A stretch of DNA of 24,000 nucleotides from Acidimicrobiaceae bacterium (GTDB lineage Bacteria; Actinomycetota; Acidimicrobiia; Acidimicrobiales; RAAP-2): NCBI GenBank assembly GCA_003151235.1, contig PLWZ01000027.1, positions 39,257 to 63,256 of the forward strand, read 5' to 3'. The notes under the pieces were generated by a model. That model saw only the letters and a program-made list of their open reading frames with translations. It did not search any database and was not told the origin of the DNA. Positions within the stretch are counted from its first letter, which is position 1, and each line of letters opens with the position of its first letter. Below, in pieces: positions 15,219-22,615 of this stretch. Both the position numbers and the translations under genes were made by a program.

Positions 15219-15785
15219 ATGTCAGTAGCCGATCAGATTCTGAACTTTGTAAAGACCCTCGTGTGGCCAGCGGTGGTCGTGACGGCCGTGCTTACATTTC
15301 GCCCGCAACTGGCCAGGTTGATTAGCAGAGTGACCGAGGTGAGCGCAGCAGGCGCCTCCGTGAAGTTCAGTGACGAAGTCGACGAACTGGCCGACACCGC
15401 GGATTCTGTGCTTCGCGAGGTGCGAGGTAACTTCGCGCCCGAAGAGACTCCCCCACTGCCGGTTTCGACGCTCCAGGTTGAGAAGGAGCCCACCGCAGCA
15501 TTTCTCGACGCTTACCGAGAGTTGGAGACAGCTGCCCGTGAAGTGGCAGTTGCCTCGGGCGCCACGTCACCCTTGTTGATCCCGGTCCTAAAGGGCCTGG
15601 CCGACAAGGACCTTCTGCCCGACGAGGCAGTGCATTTGGGAGAAGAGCTTCGTAGCATTCGAAATCGTGTCGCTCATGCGCTTCAGCACCTGACCCCGGA
15701 GGATGCAACAGGCCTAGTCGCAGCGGCGAATTCGTTGGCAAATGCTTGCCGTGCGATTACTGAAGGGATCGAGGACCCTGACTAG
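15219..15785 (+). CDS. Hypothetical protein: N-terminal hydrophobic helix plus a C-terminal Rx4H (HEPN/DUF4145-like) helical domain
   Basis: 188 aa. The hydrophobic segment is TLVWPAVVVTAVLTF. The motif ELRSIRNRVAHAL contains R-N-R-V-A-H (nt 15660-15677). It starts 16 nt after the ARH stop on the same strand, with no clear SD. Confidence 0.5.
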   Translation: MSVADQILNFVKTLVWPAVVVTAVLTFRPQLARLISRVTEVSAAGASVKFSDEVDELADTADSVLREVRGNFAPEETPPLPVSTLQVEKEPTAAFLDAYRELETAAREVAVASGATSPLLIPVLKGLADKDLLPDEAVHLGEELRSIRNRVAHALQHLTPEDATGLVAAANSLANACRAITEGIEDPD

Positions 15786-16307
15786 TCACCTCAGACGCCA
15801 GTACCAATACCCCTCGTCGACGTCAGATTCGAAAAATTCCAAAGTGCGTAAGAGCTCCAAAAGTTCCGGCCCGGGATTGTAGAAGGAGCCCACCTGCGTC
15901 GGGGGGTTGTTTAATACCAAAAGTCGCTCTTTCGCGAGGGCTATCAATTGACCCTGGACTTCTAGTCGTTCCGGAAGAGACCAGTTCAAACCATCCCTGT
16001 GGAGCCGGAGCAACCGAAACTCCCAGAATCCGGAGTGCGTCATTCCTGGAAAGCGGCGTTCAAGTACGACGCACGCTCCCCACATTTTCGAATAGCAACG
16101 AGGAAGCTCAGGATCGGGCTCAACTACGACGACGCGGAGACGAGATGTTGGAGCGGCCCCCTTGTCGAAGGGATCCTCCGGATCTAAGAAAAATAGACCC
16201 CGTACAAATTGGTCTATTCGGTCGTCTCCGGAAACAAACTCTTGTAGGACATCTGCGTGTTGGGCTCGGAGAAGGTCAACCTCGAGAGTCGGCCGGACCA
16301 TCGCCAT
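15786..16307 (-). CDS. Hypothetical protein
   Basis: The ORF is open to TTG 16319, with ATGs at 16307 and 16301 and GGGAGG 12 nt upstream of 16307. No family recognised. Its stop codon (15786-15788) directly abuts the stop of the convergent plus-strand gene (15783-15785). Confidence 0.5.
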   Translation of the reverse strand: MAMVRPTLEVDLLRAQHADVLQEFVSGDDRIDQFVRGLFFLDPEDPFDKGAAPTSRLRVVVVEPDPELPRCYSKMWGACVVLERRFPGMTHSGFWEFRLLRLHRDGLNWSLPERLEVQGQLIALAKERLLVLNNPPTQVGSFYNPGPELLELLRTLEFFESDVDEGYWYWRLR

Positions 16308-16713
16308 TCTTCGAGTCAACCTCCCCGATGTCCACGAGTACTTTTGGAACAGGCCTGAGATCGATCAGGCTTTGAGTCGCAGGATCGTAGCTGTAGTCCG
16401 GCCCCAGCGCACTAGGATCGGCCTCGCCCCGCCGGATCTCGTCAAGCAACAGAAGAACGGGGTCGACGTAACCCAGAAATTCGCCATCCACGTAGTCCGA
16501 ATAAGGATCTAGGTTTCCAGCTGGCTTACCGCAGCCCCCCGGGCCCTCGTTCGGAGGTGGCGTGATTGATTCGTGTTGCATAGATTTCTTGATGGCTATA
16601 CGGCCATTTCCATTTACATTGATTTTGTCGTTCTCAGGCTTAGGTGTCTTATTTTTACGTGGCGAAACACGCCCTCTTAGAGTATCAATTCTTGTTATTC
16701 CTAGCAACCCCAT
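16276..16713 (-). CDS. Hypothetical protein with a Lys/Asn-rich, AT-rich-encoded N-terminus
   Basis: 145 aa. A strong SD (GAGGGAGGTGAG) lies ~8 nt upstream of ATG 16713. The first ~50 codons (nt ~16560-16713) are visibly AT-richer than their surroundings. The 3' end overlaps the downstream gene by ~30-44 nt in another frame. Confidence 0.6.
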   Translation of the reverse strand: MGLLGITRIDTLRGRVSPRKNKTPKPENDKINVNGNGRIAIKKSMQHESITPPPNEGPGGCGKPAGNLDPYSDYVDGEFLGYVDPVLLLLDEIRRGEADPSALGPDYSYDPATQSLIDLRPVPKVLVDIGEVDSKNGDGPADSRG

Positions 16714-17163
16714 TTAGCCACTCACCTCCCTCTCGATTCTTGTCGGGCACCTACGCGAAAACGCCCACTCCACGGCAGGCGCTCGATGATTTCTAGCGGT
16801 TCGCGCGAAATGCTTCAACCGAAACGCATTTGACGTATAGATCCGCATGGTCTAGGTGCTCCCAACCCTACGTACTGATACCTACCCAAAAGGCGGACCC
16901 CGAAAATAGCCGCTTGACCTTGTGTTATTCCGCCGGCTCCGGCGGAACCCGGGAGCCGTGGACACCAGCCCGGCCCGCGACGCGCGCGAGCGCTTCGATC
17001 CAAACTCAGCCTCACCGTGGTTGACCAGAGCACTCCATACGCCGCCACGTATTCGGTCATGGACCTGGCGCAAGGCGTGGTCCTGTCGGACGACCACTTG
17101 ACAGTGATCGTCTATTTGGTCGAATAGTTGGCATCGGCGCTAAGGCGTAGGTGAGCGACTTAT

Positions 17164-17443
17164 TCAGCTCTTAGTCCATATGTGCTGCCGGATACGGGAA
17201 ATGAGTTCTTCCTCACGGGTGACGTCTGCTGGCGAAACGGCGGTGGGCGCATCTCCTGTCAGTTCAAGGGCTTCGACCGCCTGCTTGACCCTGCTCTATA
17301 GCGCATAAGACCTCGGCAGGCGGCCTCGGCGACCGCCTGGAGCCAGTTCAATTTGAACGTTTTATCTCTCGGCTATCCCCCCATCACTTCCGGCAGAAGG
17401 CGTATCTACCTAGACGGGAATTGTGGAGAAACTTTTCACTCAC
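17164..17443 (-). pseudogene. Decayed ~90-codon ORF with at least two frame disruptions
   Basis: A very strong SD (GGGAGGAGG, plus strand 17448-17456) lies 4 nt before GTG 17443, yet the ORF stops after 19 codons (MSEKFLHNSRLGRYAFCRK*). Protein-like segments continue in other frames: ...KTFKLNWLQAVAEAACRGLMRY... and ...RVKQAVEALELTGDAPTAVSPADVTREEELISRIRQHIWTKS*, ending at TGA 17166..17164. Confidence 0.3.
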
Positions 17444-17469
17444 GGTTCCTCCTCCCGGGTAGTCCTTGG

Positions 17470-17570
17470 GGTCACGGGATTGTGATCCTCACAACATCAG
17501 AGAGCGCCATAGTTACACGGTGCCACCGGCAATCCCGACACTCTTGAGCCACCCACCAATTCCCGTGACC
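17470..17570. repeat. Nested inverted repeats (possible structured RNA or relic element end)
   Basis: The outer arms ggtcacggga (17470-17479) and tcccgtgacc (17561-17570) are perfect 10-bp complements, extendable to ~13 bp with one bulge. Immediately inside is a hairpin ttgtga-tcc-tcacaa (17480-17494). A palindrome cggtg-c-caccg lies at ~17518-17528. Confidence 0.4.
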
Positions 17571-17929
17571 GAACGGAGCTGGTGCCAGGAGGTGGTGCCG
17601 GGTGCAGCCGTGACGATGTGGGGTGTGCTCATTCTCGACGCATTCCGTTCTCATGGACCGGCCTGAGCCTACGTGTCCCGGCGGCTATGACGCGGGGTGG
17701 TCGAGGCACCCCCGCCGACTGGCCCGAACGCGCGATGGGCACCCCGTCCTTCGCATCCCCAAGGTGCCGGTCGGTGGCAGGCAACGATCGCGAGCACGGA
17801 GGTGGCACCAGGCCGCGAGACCCCGCTGAAACCGGCATCACCGGTGATCTAGTTGGGTCCCGAGAGCGTGGTGTTGTCGAGTTGGGTTGACAAATCCGTT
17901 GACGACTCTCGATCTAGGCTTCACCTTCA

Positions 17930-18469
17930 ATGCGCCCCTCGTACGCGGTCCACCACGCCGCCATGATGCACTACCACTATCGGCCACCCATGATGGGAAC
18001 GCGACCTCGAGCCAACATTGCGGCGTTGGCGTCCACTCTCGACGCCCGGGCGACCGAGCTGCTGAATTCCTTCGACGCAGCCGCAGAAGACCAGCTCTTC
18101 GAAGCCGCGAACGGACTAGTCGAGCGATTGACCCCCGGAGAGAGGCTCACCGACGAGAGGGTCATTGCCGAGTTCAACGCAACCCTAGACGAGCATCTCC
18201 GAGAGCTTCTGAGTTCGGTTGATCAACAGGCCGTCGACCAAACCTTCAGTGAGATCGACGCAGAGCTCTCCGATCTCCCTGCGGACTTCGACCTTCCGCC
18301 GGACGAGAAGACTCATATACGGCGACGCTTGCTCGCTGGCTTTGTCCTTCTGGCTGCCGCGACCTGCACTGGTCTGGCAGCCGGCATGGCCGCCGGATCC
18401 GCCATGGTCGGTGTGTTGGCGGGTTTGGCGATTGTTATCTTGGCTTGGTTCCAGCAGTTGAACGGTTGA
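17930..18469 (+). CDS. Hypothetical protein with an acidic helical body and a C-terminal double-TM anchor
   Basis: 179-aa ORF. The C-terminus LLAGFVLLAAATCTGLAAGMAAGSAMVGVLAGLAIVILAWF is hydrophobic. The start is uncertain, with several in-frame ATGs in the first 22 codons. Confidence 0.5.
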   Translation: MRPSYAVHHAAMMHYHYRPPMMGTRPRANIAALASTLDARATELLNSFDAAAEDQLFEAANGLVERLTPGERLTDERVIAEFNATLDEHLRELLSSVDQQAVDQTFSEIDAELSDLPADFDLPPDEKTHIRRRLLAGFVLLAAATCTGLAAGMAAGSAMVGVLAGLAIVILAWFQQLNG

Positions 18470-18541
18470 ATGGTTGTACCTTCACTGATGGCTCGGGTGA
18501 TAGCCGCGCGAAGGGGACGGCTTCGACCCTCCCGTTTCGCG

Positions 18542-19375
18542 TTACCCGGCGGCCGGTGCGTTGGCCGCCACTACCTTGCGGTACTCCTTCACCACGTCCA
18601 CGAGGCCGTGCTCGTCAAGCCAACGACAGACATTCTCGATGTGCTCGCGTTCCAGGTAGGTGACCATCTGGCGCGACGTGACGAATCCTTCGCGGTGCGC
18701 CAGTTGAAGAAAGTCTCTGAATACCCAGAAGGTCCACGTTCGACGATCGGATAGAATCTCTTGTCCCTTCGGGTCGTCCTCCGGTGGGATCGGAACACCG
18801 TGGACGAGTTTGCCTCTCCATTCGTAGGCATCGCGGATCTCTTTCGGGTGAAAGAAAGGCTTCTCGATGGCAGCGTGGACGGCCACGCTTCGGACCGTCA
18901 CGATCCCGTCCTTTAGCCCGCGTGATTCCGGTACGAGCAAAGCCTCCATCGCGCTGAACAGGGCAGGCAGTGCGATCCGCCAGTTCTCACTCATCGCCCC
19001 GATATCGAGCCACTCCAAGCACGTGTCGACGCGCGACCGAATCTCACGGGTCGTTGACAGGTAACGCCGTGACCACTCAGCGACCGTCTCCCGCCATTCG
19101 ACAAAGCCGGGACCTGCGAACTCCATAGCAAGTGGCTCGCGGTCCCTCCACCGCCACCCAGACACTGAGCCGTCTGCGAATGCGTACCGGCCATCCGGCC
19201 CAAACTGGACTTGTATCTCGTAGATCTTCGCTCCAAACCCGTGCATCGCCGGTTGGCGCAATAGCGCCAACGCATGTCTTGCCTTGATAATCGCACGGTC
19301 GGCTATATGTCCGTTTGTTCCCCCAGTTGCTTCGGTGACGCAAAGCAACGACGGCGGTTCTTCCCACCGTCCCAT
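18542..19375 (-). CDS. Hypothetical protein with a C-terminal Rx4H (HEPN-like) motif
   Basis: The track ORF is 356 aa, but its first ~79 codons overlap the divergent HTH gene, so ATG 19375 (MGRWEEPPSLL...) is more plausible, giving 277 aa. The motif YEWRGKLVHG has R-G-K-L-V-H at nt 18817..18800, preceded by helical ALFSAMEALL and RSVAVHAAIE segments. Confidence 0.5.
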   Translation of the reverse strand: MGRWEEPPSLLCVTEATGGTNGHIADRAIIKARHALALLRQPAMHGFGAKIYEIQVQFGPDGRYAFADGSVSGWRWRDREPLAMEFAGPGFVEWRETVAEWSRRYLSTTREIRSRVDTCLEWLDIGAMSENWRIALPALFSAMEALLVPESRGLKDGIVTVRSVAVHAAIEKPFFHPKEIRDAYEWRGKLVHGVPIPPEDDPKGQEILSDRRTWTFWVFRDFLQLAHREGFVTSRQMVTYLEREHIENVCRWLDEHGLVDVVKEYRKVVAANAPAAG

Positions 19376-19402
19376 ATCTGCGATTATTTCAGCCGGGAGG
19401 TC

Positions 19403-19894
19403 ATGGGACGTTACTCGAACCTCTGTGACCAGGGAGAACGTCTTCGGGCACTGCTCGAAATGGTGCCCGAAGGCCCTTCGACGGCAATTCCGCGAACCAT
19501 CAAGCAAATCCAACGACGACTTCGTGGGGCCGAAATCGACCAGCTGGTGGCCAGCTACCGAGCAGGCGCCACGGTCTACGAATTGAGTGCCCAGTTCGGG
19601 ATGCACCGTCACACCGTGTCGGAGGTTCTAGAGCGACGCGGGGTGTCTCGCCGATACCAGAGGCTCTCCCTGGAGCAGGTCGACTTGGCATGCACCCTCT
19701 ACGAGAGTGGGCACTCCCTGATCAAGGTGGGTGAGCAACTAGGTCGGAAGGCAGAGACCGTACGACAGGCGCTGATGAAGGCCGGAGTTGAGATCAAACC
19801 CCGGAATGGGTGGCACAGCGAGCGAGGCGCTGACGGTAACCATCATCACCGGGATAACCCAGTCAATTTGTATATGCGACCGGAGCAATTGTGA
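19403..19894 (+). CDS. DNA-binding protein with two tandem resolvase/HTH_7-like helix-turn-helix repeats
   Basis: The repeats are EIDQLVASYRAGATVYELSAQFGMHRHTVSEVLERRGV and LEQVDLACTLYESGHSLIKVGEQLGRKAETVRQALMKAGV. The start is uncertain: ATG 19403 has GGGAGG only 2 nt upstream, and ATG 19460 is an alternative. The 3' end overlaps the convergent gene by 32 nt. Confidence 0.6.
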   Translation: MGRYSNLCDQGERLRALLEMVPEGPSTAIPRTIKQIQRRLRGAEIDQLVASYRAGATVYELSAQFGMHRHTVSEVLERRGVSRRYQRLSLEQVDLACTLYESGHSLIKVGEQLGRKAETVRQALMKAGVEIKPRNGWHSERGADGNHHHRDNPVNLYMRPEQL

Positions 19895-21500
19895 GTTCGA
19901 CTTGCTGTCTCCTACATTCATCGACGAGGCGCAGGAGCCGCATACGGCTGAACGAGAACAGGGACTCCGCGTCGATTTTCCTCCGGTTACCCATAACAAG
20001 AACCGCCTGACGCGGTATGTCGGGAATCCATGCCGGGTCACCACCTTGAGCTTCAACGACTTTGATCAACCCGGCGCGTGCCGAAGCATCCTCCCGAAGA
20101 GCTAGTGCCGAGACTCCGGCCTGAGCGAAGAGATGGCTTGCCCCAGTGCTTCTTCCCACGGCCTTCACGTGCACGAACACCCCTTCGGGTGTCAGCACAT
20201 CACAACTCTCAAATCCCCGTGGGTTCGTTTCGCACCGAACGAGTCGGCGGTCAAGATTTACCCCGCCAAGAGCATCAGCGAGAGACCGATTGAATTCAGG
20301 TTCACCCACACCCGTAGGCCACAGCGGCAAGCCATGGATCGGCGGCTCAGCGGCGAAGATACGAGCGAGACGCTCAGAGAGGCGGTGGTTGAGCCCGTCA
20401 TCAACCATGTACCACCGACCGTTATGCATACAGAAGCGGTGCCCAGCGGACGTCGTCTCAAAGGTCACCCACTGCCGGGCTGGAAGCAAGCTACTGGCAG
20501 CTTCATTGTCGTCCGAAAAAGCCTGGACCTTCATCCGATCGAAGCGCCGCAGCCGCTCGCCGTCTGGGAGTGAACGGAGCGGGTCAAGGAGCGCTCCCAA
20601 AGTCATTCCATTCGGATCGTCGTCGCCGCCGAGGATTCCAGACACTCTGAAGTGGGACAAAGGTACGGCTTCGTCGGCGAGCTCGGTGGGCCAAGCCAAA
20701 CCCAGCGTTGGCGCGTCAGAATCACCAAGCGCTGCATCGAGAGCCTGTTCCAGCTCGGGCACATGGGAATCGGAGGACTTCAGCGCTCGGAGTTGCTCGA
20801 TGATCGCCAATTGCGGCACTGGATCGCGTTCGAGTAGCGCCTCGATGGCATCCAGGTCCGCCAAAAGACGCATCCCGTCACGGGCTAAGGGAAGGCTTAT
20901 CGCGTCTGCTCCTCGGATCTCGACTGGATCTCCCCCATCTCCCGCAAGTACTCCGTCCAAATAGGCAGGGCCAACGAGTCGACTGATGAGATCGCCGAGC
21001 TCGCTTGCGCCGAATCCACCGATATCGTCTCCTCCGGGTATAGATGTCCGGGCGACGTAGGCACGCAAGTCGAGCCTGGAATGTGTGATGGACCTGAGGT
21101 TGTCTGGATCAGCACAACGCGCAGCAAGGCGACGACCAAGGCTGGGCACCATTCGGGCGGCTTCAATCAGGTGAAACCCCATACCGAAGCAAATCGCCCA
21201 CACGCAATCGGAGTCGGGATCCCGGGTCGGCAAAAGAAGAACCCCTGCCGCGGTCGTGTTGCCCAACCCAGCGGCGATGGAGTCGTCATTGGTCCAGGTT
21301 GCAACTACGTACGTCCACTTCGCTTGCTGCGATGCCACGGAACCACCCACGAAATAGCCATCCCTGTTTCCCACACGGACCGGAGTGCTCTCGAAGTCAT
21401 CTCGCTCCAGATACTTCGTGCGAAGAACCGTCCCCGGATCGAGAGGACCTTCAACTTGGTAAACGGAAACTCGGGTGTGTGGATTTGGCTGACGCGGCAT
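19863..21500 (-). CDS. TIGR04141/DUF6119-like 'sporadically distributed' protein with a C-terminal PD-(D/E)xK-type motif
   Basis: 545 aa. ATG 21500 has the SD GAGAAGGGGGG upstream. The C-terminal ...FESCDVLTPEGVFVHVKAVGRSTGASHLFAQAGVSALAL... (D ~20199-20201, VHVK 20163-20174) has a D...(x)K nuclease-fold layout followed by SHLF.Q..VS. I recall this layout from the TIGR04141 family, but that is memory-based and unverified. Confidence 0.55.
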   Translation of the reverse strand: MPRQPNPHTRVSVYQVEGPLDPGTVLRTKYLERDDFESTPVRVGNRDGYFVGGSVASQQAKWTYVVATWTNDDSIAAGLGNTTAAGVLLLPTRDPDSDCVWAICFGMGFHLIEAARMVPSLGRRLAARCADPDNLRSITHSRLDLRAYVARTSIPGGDDIGGFGASELGDLISRLVGPAYLDGVLAGDGGDPVEIRGADAISLPLARDGMRLLADLDAIEALLERDPVPQLAIIEQLRALKSSDSHVPELEQALDAALGDSDAPTLGLAWPTELADEAVPLSHFRVSGILGGDDDPNGMTLGALLDPLRSLPDGERLRRFDRMKVQAFSDDNEAASSLLPARQWVTFETTSAGHRFCMHNGRWYMVDDGLNHRLSERLARIFAAEPPIHGLPLWPTGVGEPEFNRSLADALGGVNLDRRLVRCETNPRGFESCDVLTPEGVFVHVKAVGRSTGASHLFAQAGVSALALREDASARAGLIKVVEAQGGDPAWIPDIPRQAVLVMGNRRKIDAESLFSFSRMRLLRLVDECRRQQVELTIAPVAYTN

Positions 21501-21672
21501 AGGGCCCCCCTTCTCGCCGATACGTGCGGCGGCCAGGTTCAGCGAATTTGGTCCCCCGGCTTCGGCACTGCATCATCTCGGCAATTGGCATGGCTTCCGG
21601 AGGCACGATTGCAAAACCTCGATATGGCCTCGGACCTTATTCTTGCTTGTTGCAGTGCCCTCGGGCCGAACT

Positions 21673-22053
21673 TCACTCCGAAAAGAGGATGAAAAACAAC
21701 AGAACGGCTCCGACAAGAGTCAAACCGGCAGCGACGCCTCGCTCGTTCTTCTGCTTCGCCTGTGCGGCCAAGGTGACTGCGTCAACAAGCAACTTGAACT
21801 CCGCACTCGCAGGCCAAGGCAGGATCCAACCCACGACCGTCTGGATCAGCTCGCCATCCGGACTCTTGAGCCAGCCCGCAAGTTTGATCTCCCCAAACTC
21901 CGCTTCGTCCAAGAGGCTGTCACCAACCGACCCAACGTTTCGAAGACCCATCGTCCAACCCTGGGCCTCGTAAGCCCAGTCGGGATGCTCTCGTACCCAG
22001 CGCACCAAGAACGCGTAGAGCCTCTGGGCAATCGGATCGTTCTGGTAGTTCAC
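21673..22053 (-). CDS. Hypothetical protein with a C-terminal TM anchor
   Basis: GTG 22053 has AGGAGG 7 nt upstream. The alternative GTG 22071 overlaps the upstream stop as GTGA. The C-terminus AAGLTLVGAVLLFFILF is hydrophobic. Confidence 0.55.
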   Translation of the reverse strand: MNYQNDPIAQRLYAFLVRWVREHPDWAYEAQGWTMGLRNVGSVGDSLLDEAEFGEIKLAGWLKSPDGELIQTVVGWILPWPASAEFKLLVDAVTLAAQAKQKNERGVAAGLTLVGAVLLFFILFSE

Positions 22054-22067
22054 GCGAGTACCTCCTG

Positions 22068-22517
22068 TCACTGGCTAGCGGCGTAGGCGAAGATGATGAG
22101 TGCAAGCGTGACGCCGATTCCGGCCATGAACGGCGCAAACTCAGTTCGGTTGACGGTTCCGCCGCTGTCCTGATCTCCGGCCATCAGACCAGACACCCCC
22201 TGGTTGCACTGCGGACAGCGTCCAGCGATCAAGAAGTCGTGACCGGTTAGAGCTTGACCACATTCACAGGTACCAAGGATCTGACCCAGTCGGCCATCCA
22301 GCGCGACAGCGGCATCGTGTACCCGGGTCAGTTCCAGCTGTAGCTCCTGGGTCCGTTGCTCCAGGACCCTGATCGATGACTCGTTGCCGGCGGCTTCTAG
22401 CCCGCGGGACAGCAGGTCAGAGACGGCCGACGCCAACGACATGCCGTTCTCCTTGGCGTACTGATCCGTCGCCGCCTTCAGCTCGGGACTCACACGGGCA
22501 TAGATGGTGTCGGACAT
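22068..22517 (-). CDS. Ribbon-helix-helix (Arc/CopG-like) protein fused to a zinc ribbon and a C-terminal TM helix
   Basis: From ATG 22517, MSDTIYARVSPELKAATDQYAKENGMSLASAVSDLLSRGLE shows the RHH strand-helix-helix pattern. It is followed by a coiled segment, CECG...(13 residues)...CPQC (four-Cys ribbon), and then FAPFMAGIGVTLALIIFAYA. Confidence 0.6.
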   Translation of the reverse strand: MSDTIYARVSPELKAATDQYAKENGMSLASAVSDLLSRGLEAAGNESSIRVLEQRTQELQLELTRVHDAAVALDGRLGQILGTCECGQALTGHDFLIAGRCPQCNQGVSGLMAGDQDSGGTVNRTEFAPFMAGIGVTLALIIFAYAASQ

Positions 22518-22537
22518 ACAAGCAAGCGTAGCCGAGG

Positions 22538-22564
22538 TTGCAAGCGATTGCAATCGCTAGTGCA
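22538..22564. promoter_or_regulatory. Palindromic operator candidate in a divergent promoter region
   Basis: A perfect 16-bp palindrome agcgattg|caatcgct (22543-22558) is flanked by ttgca / tgcaa, which extend the symmetry with a 2-nt bulge. TGCAA recurs three times (~22539, ~22549, ~22561). It lies between the RHH gene start (22517, minus) and the MerR-helicase start (22616, plus). Confidence 0.45.
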
Positions 22565-22598
22565 ATGAGTTACAGGCTACGATGGGAGGGTTGACCAA

Positions 22599-22609
22599 TG
22601 TTATATACT
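22599..22609 (+). promoter_or_regulatory. Candidate extended -10 promoter for a leaderless MerR-helicase transcript
   Basis: tgtTATATACT: a TG dinucleotide precedes overlapping TATATA/TATACT hexamers. TATACT (22604-22609) ends 6 nt before the A of ATG 22616, and no SD is present. TTGACC at 22591-22596 is too close to serve as the -35. Confidence 0.3.
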
Positions 22610-22615
22610 GTTAGT

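Noticed and set aside
17460-17830. Retron msr/msd, tmRNA, RNase P RNA, tRNA or group II intron
   Set aside because: No reverse transcriptase gene is nearby. I also found no GAGGAAAGTCC-type RNase P core, no GGTTCGAATCC-like T-loop and no intron domain V-like sequence. Only generic inverted repeats are visible, so no specific RNA family can be claimed.
17582-17890. 102-aa plus-strand ORF and neighbouring 60-70-aa ORFs in the ORF-poor gap
   Set aside because: They are Arg/Gly/Pro-rich with no SD, and they mutually overlap in all frames. I treat the region as non-coding or decayed rather than calling any of them.
17888-17925. TTGACA / TTGACG ... TAGGCT as a promoter for the 17930 gene
   Set aside because: The spacings to the TANNNT-like TAGGCT are 22 and 10 nt, and neither fits a sigma-70-type promoter.
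20146-20964. 272-aa plus-strand ORF (and 20133..20573) inside the TIGR04141-like gene
   Set aside because: It is a Ser/Arg/Pro-rich shadow frame. The opposite-strand 545-aa ORF has a strong SD and a coherent domain-like sequence.
22591-22596. TTGACC as the -35 box for the MerR-helicase promoter
   Set aside because: It is only ~5-7 nt from the -10-like TATATA/TATACT, far from the ~17-nt optimum, so it cannot pair with that -10.
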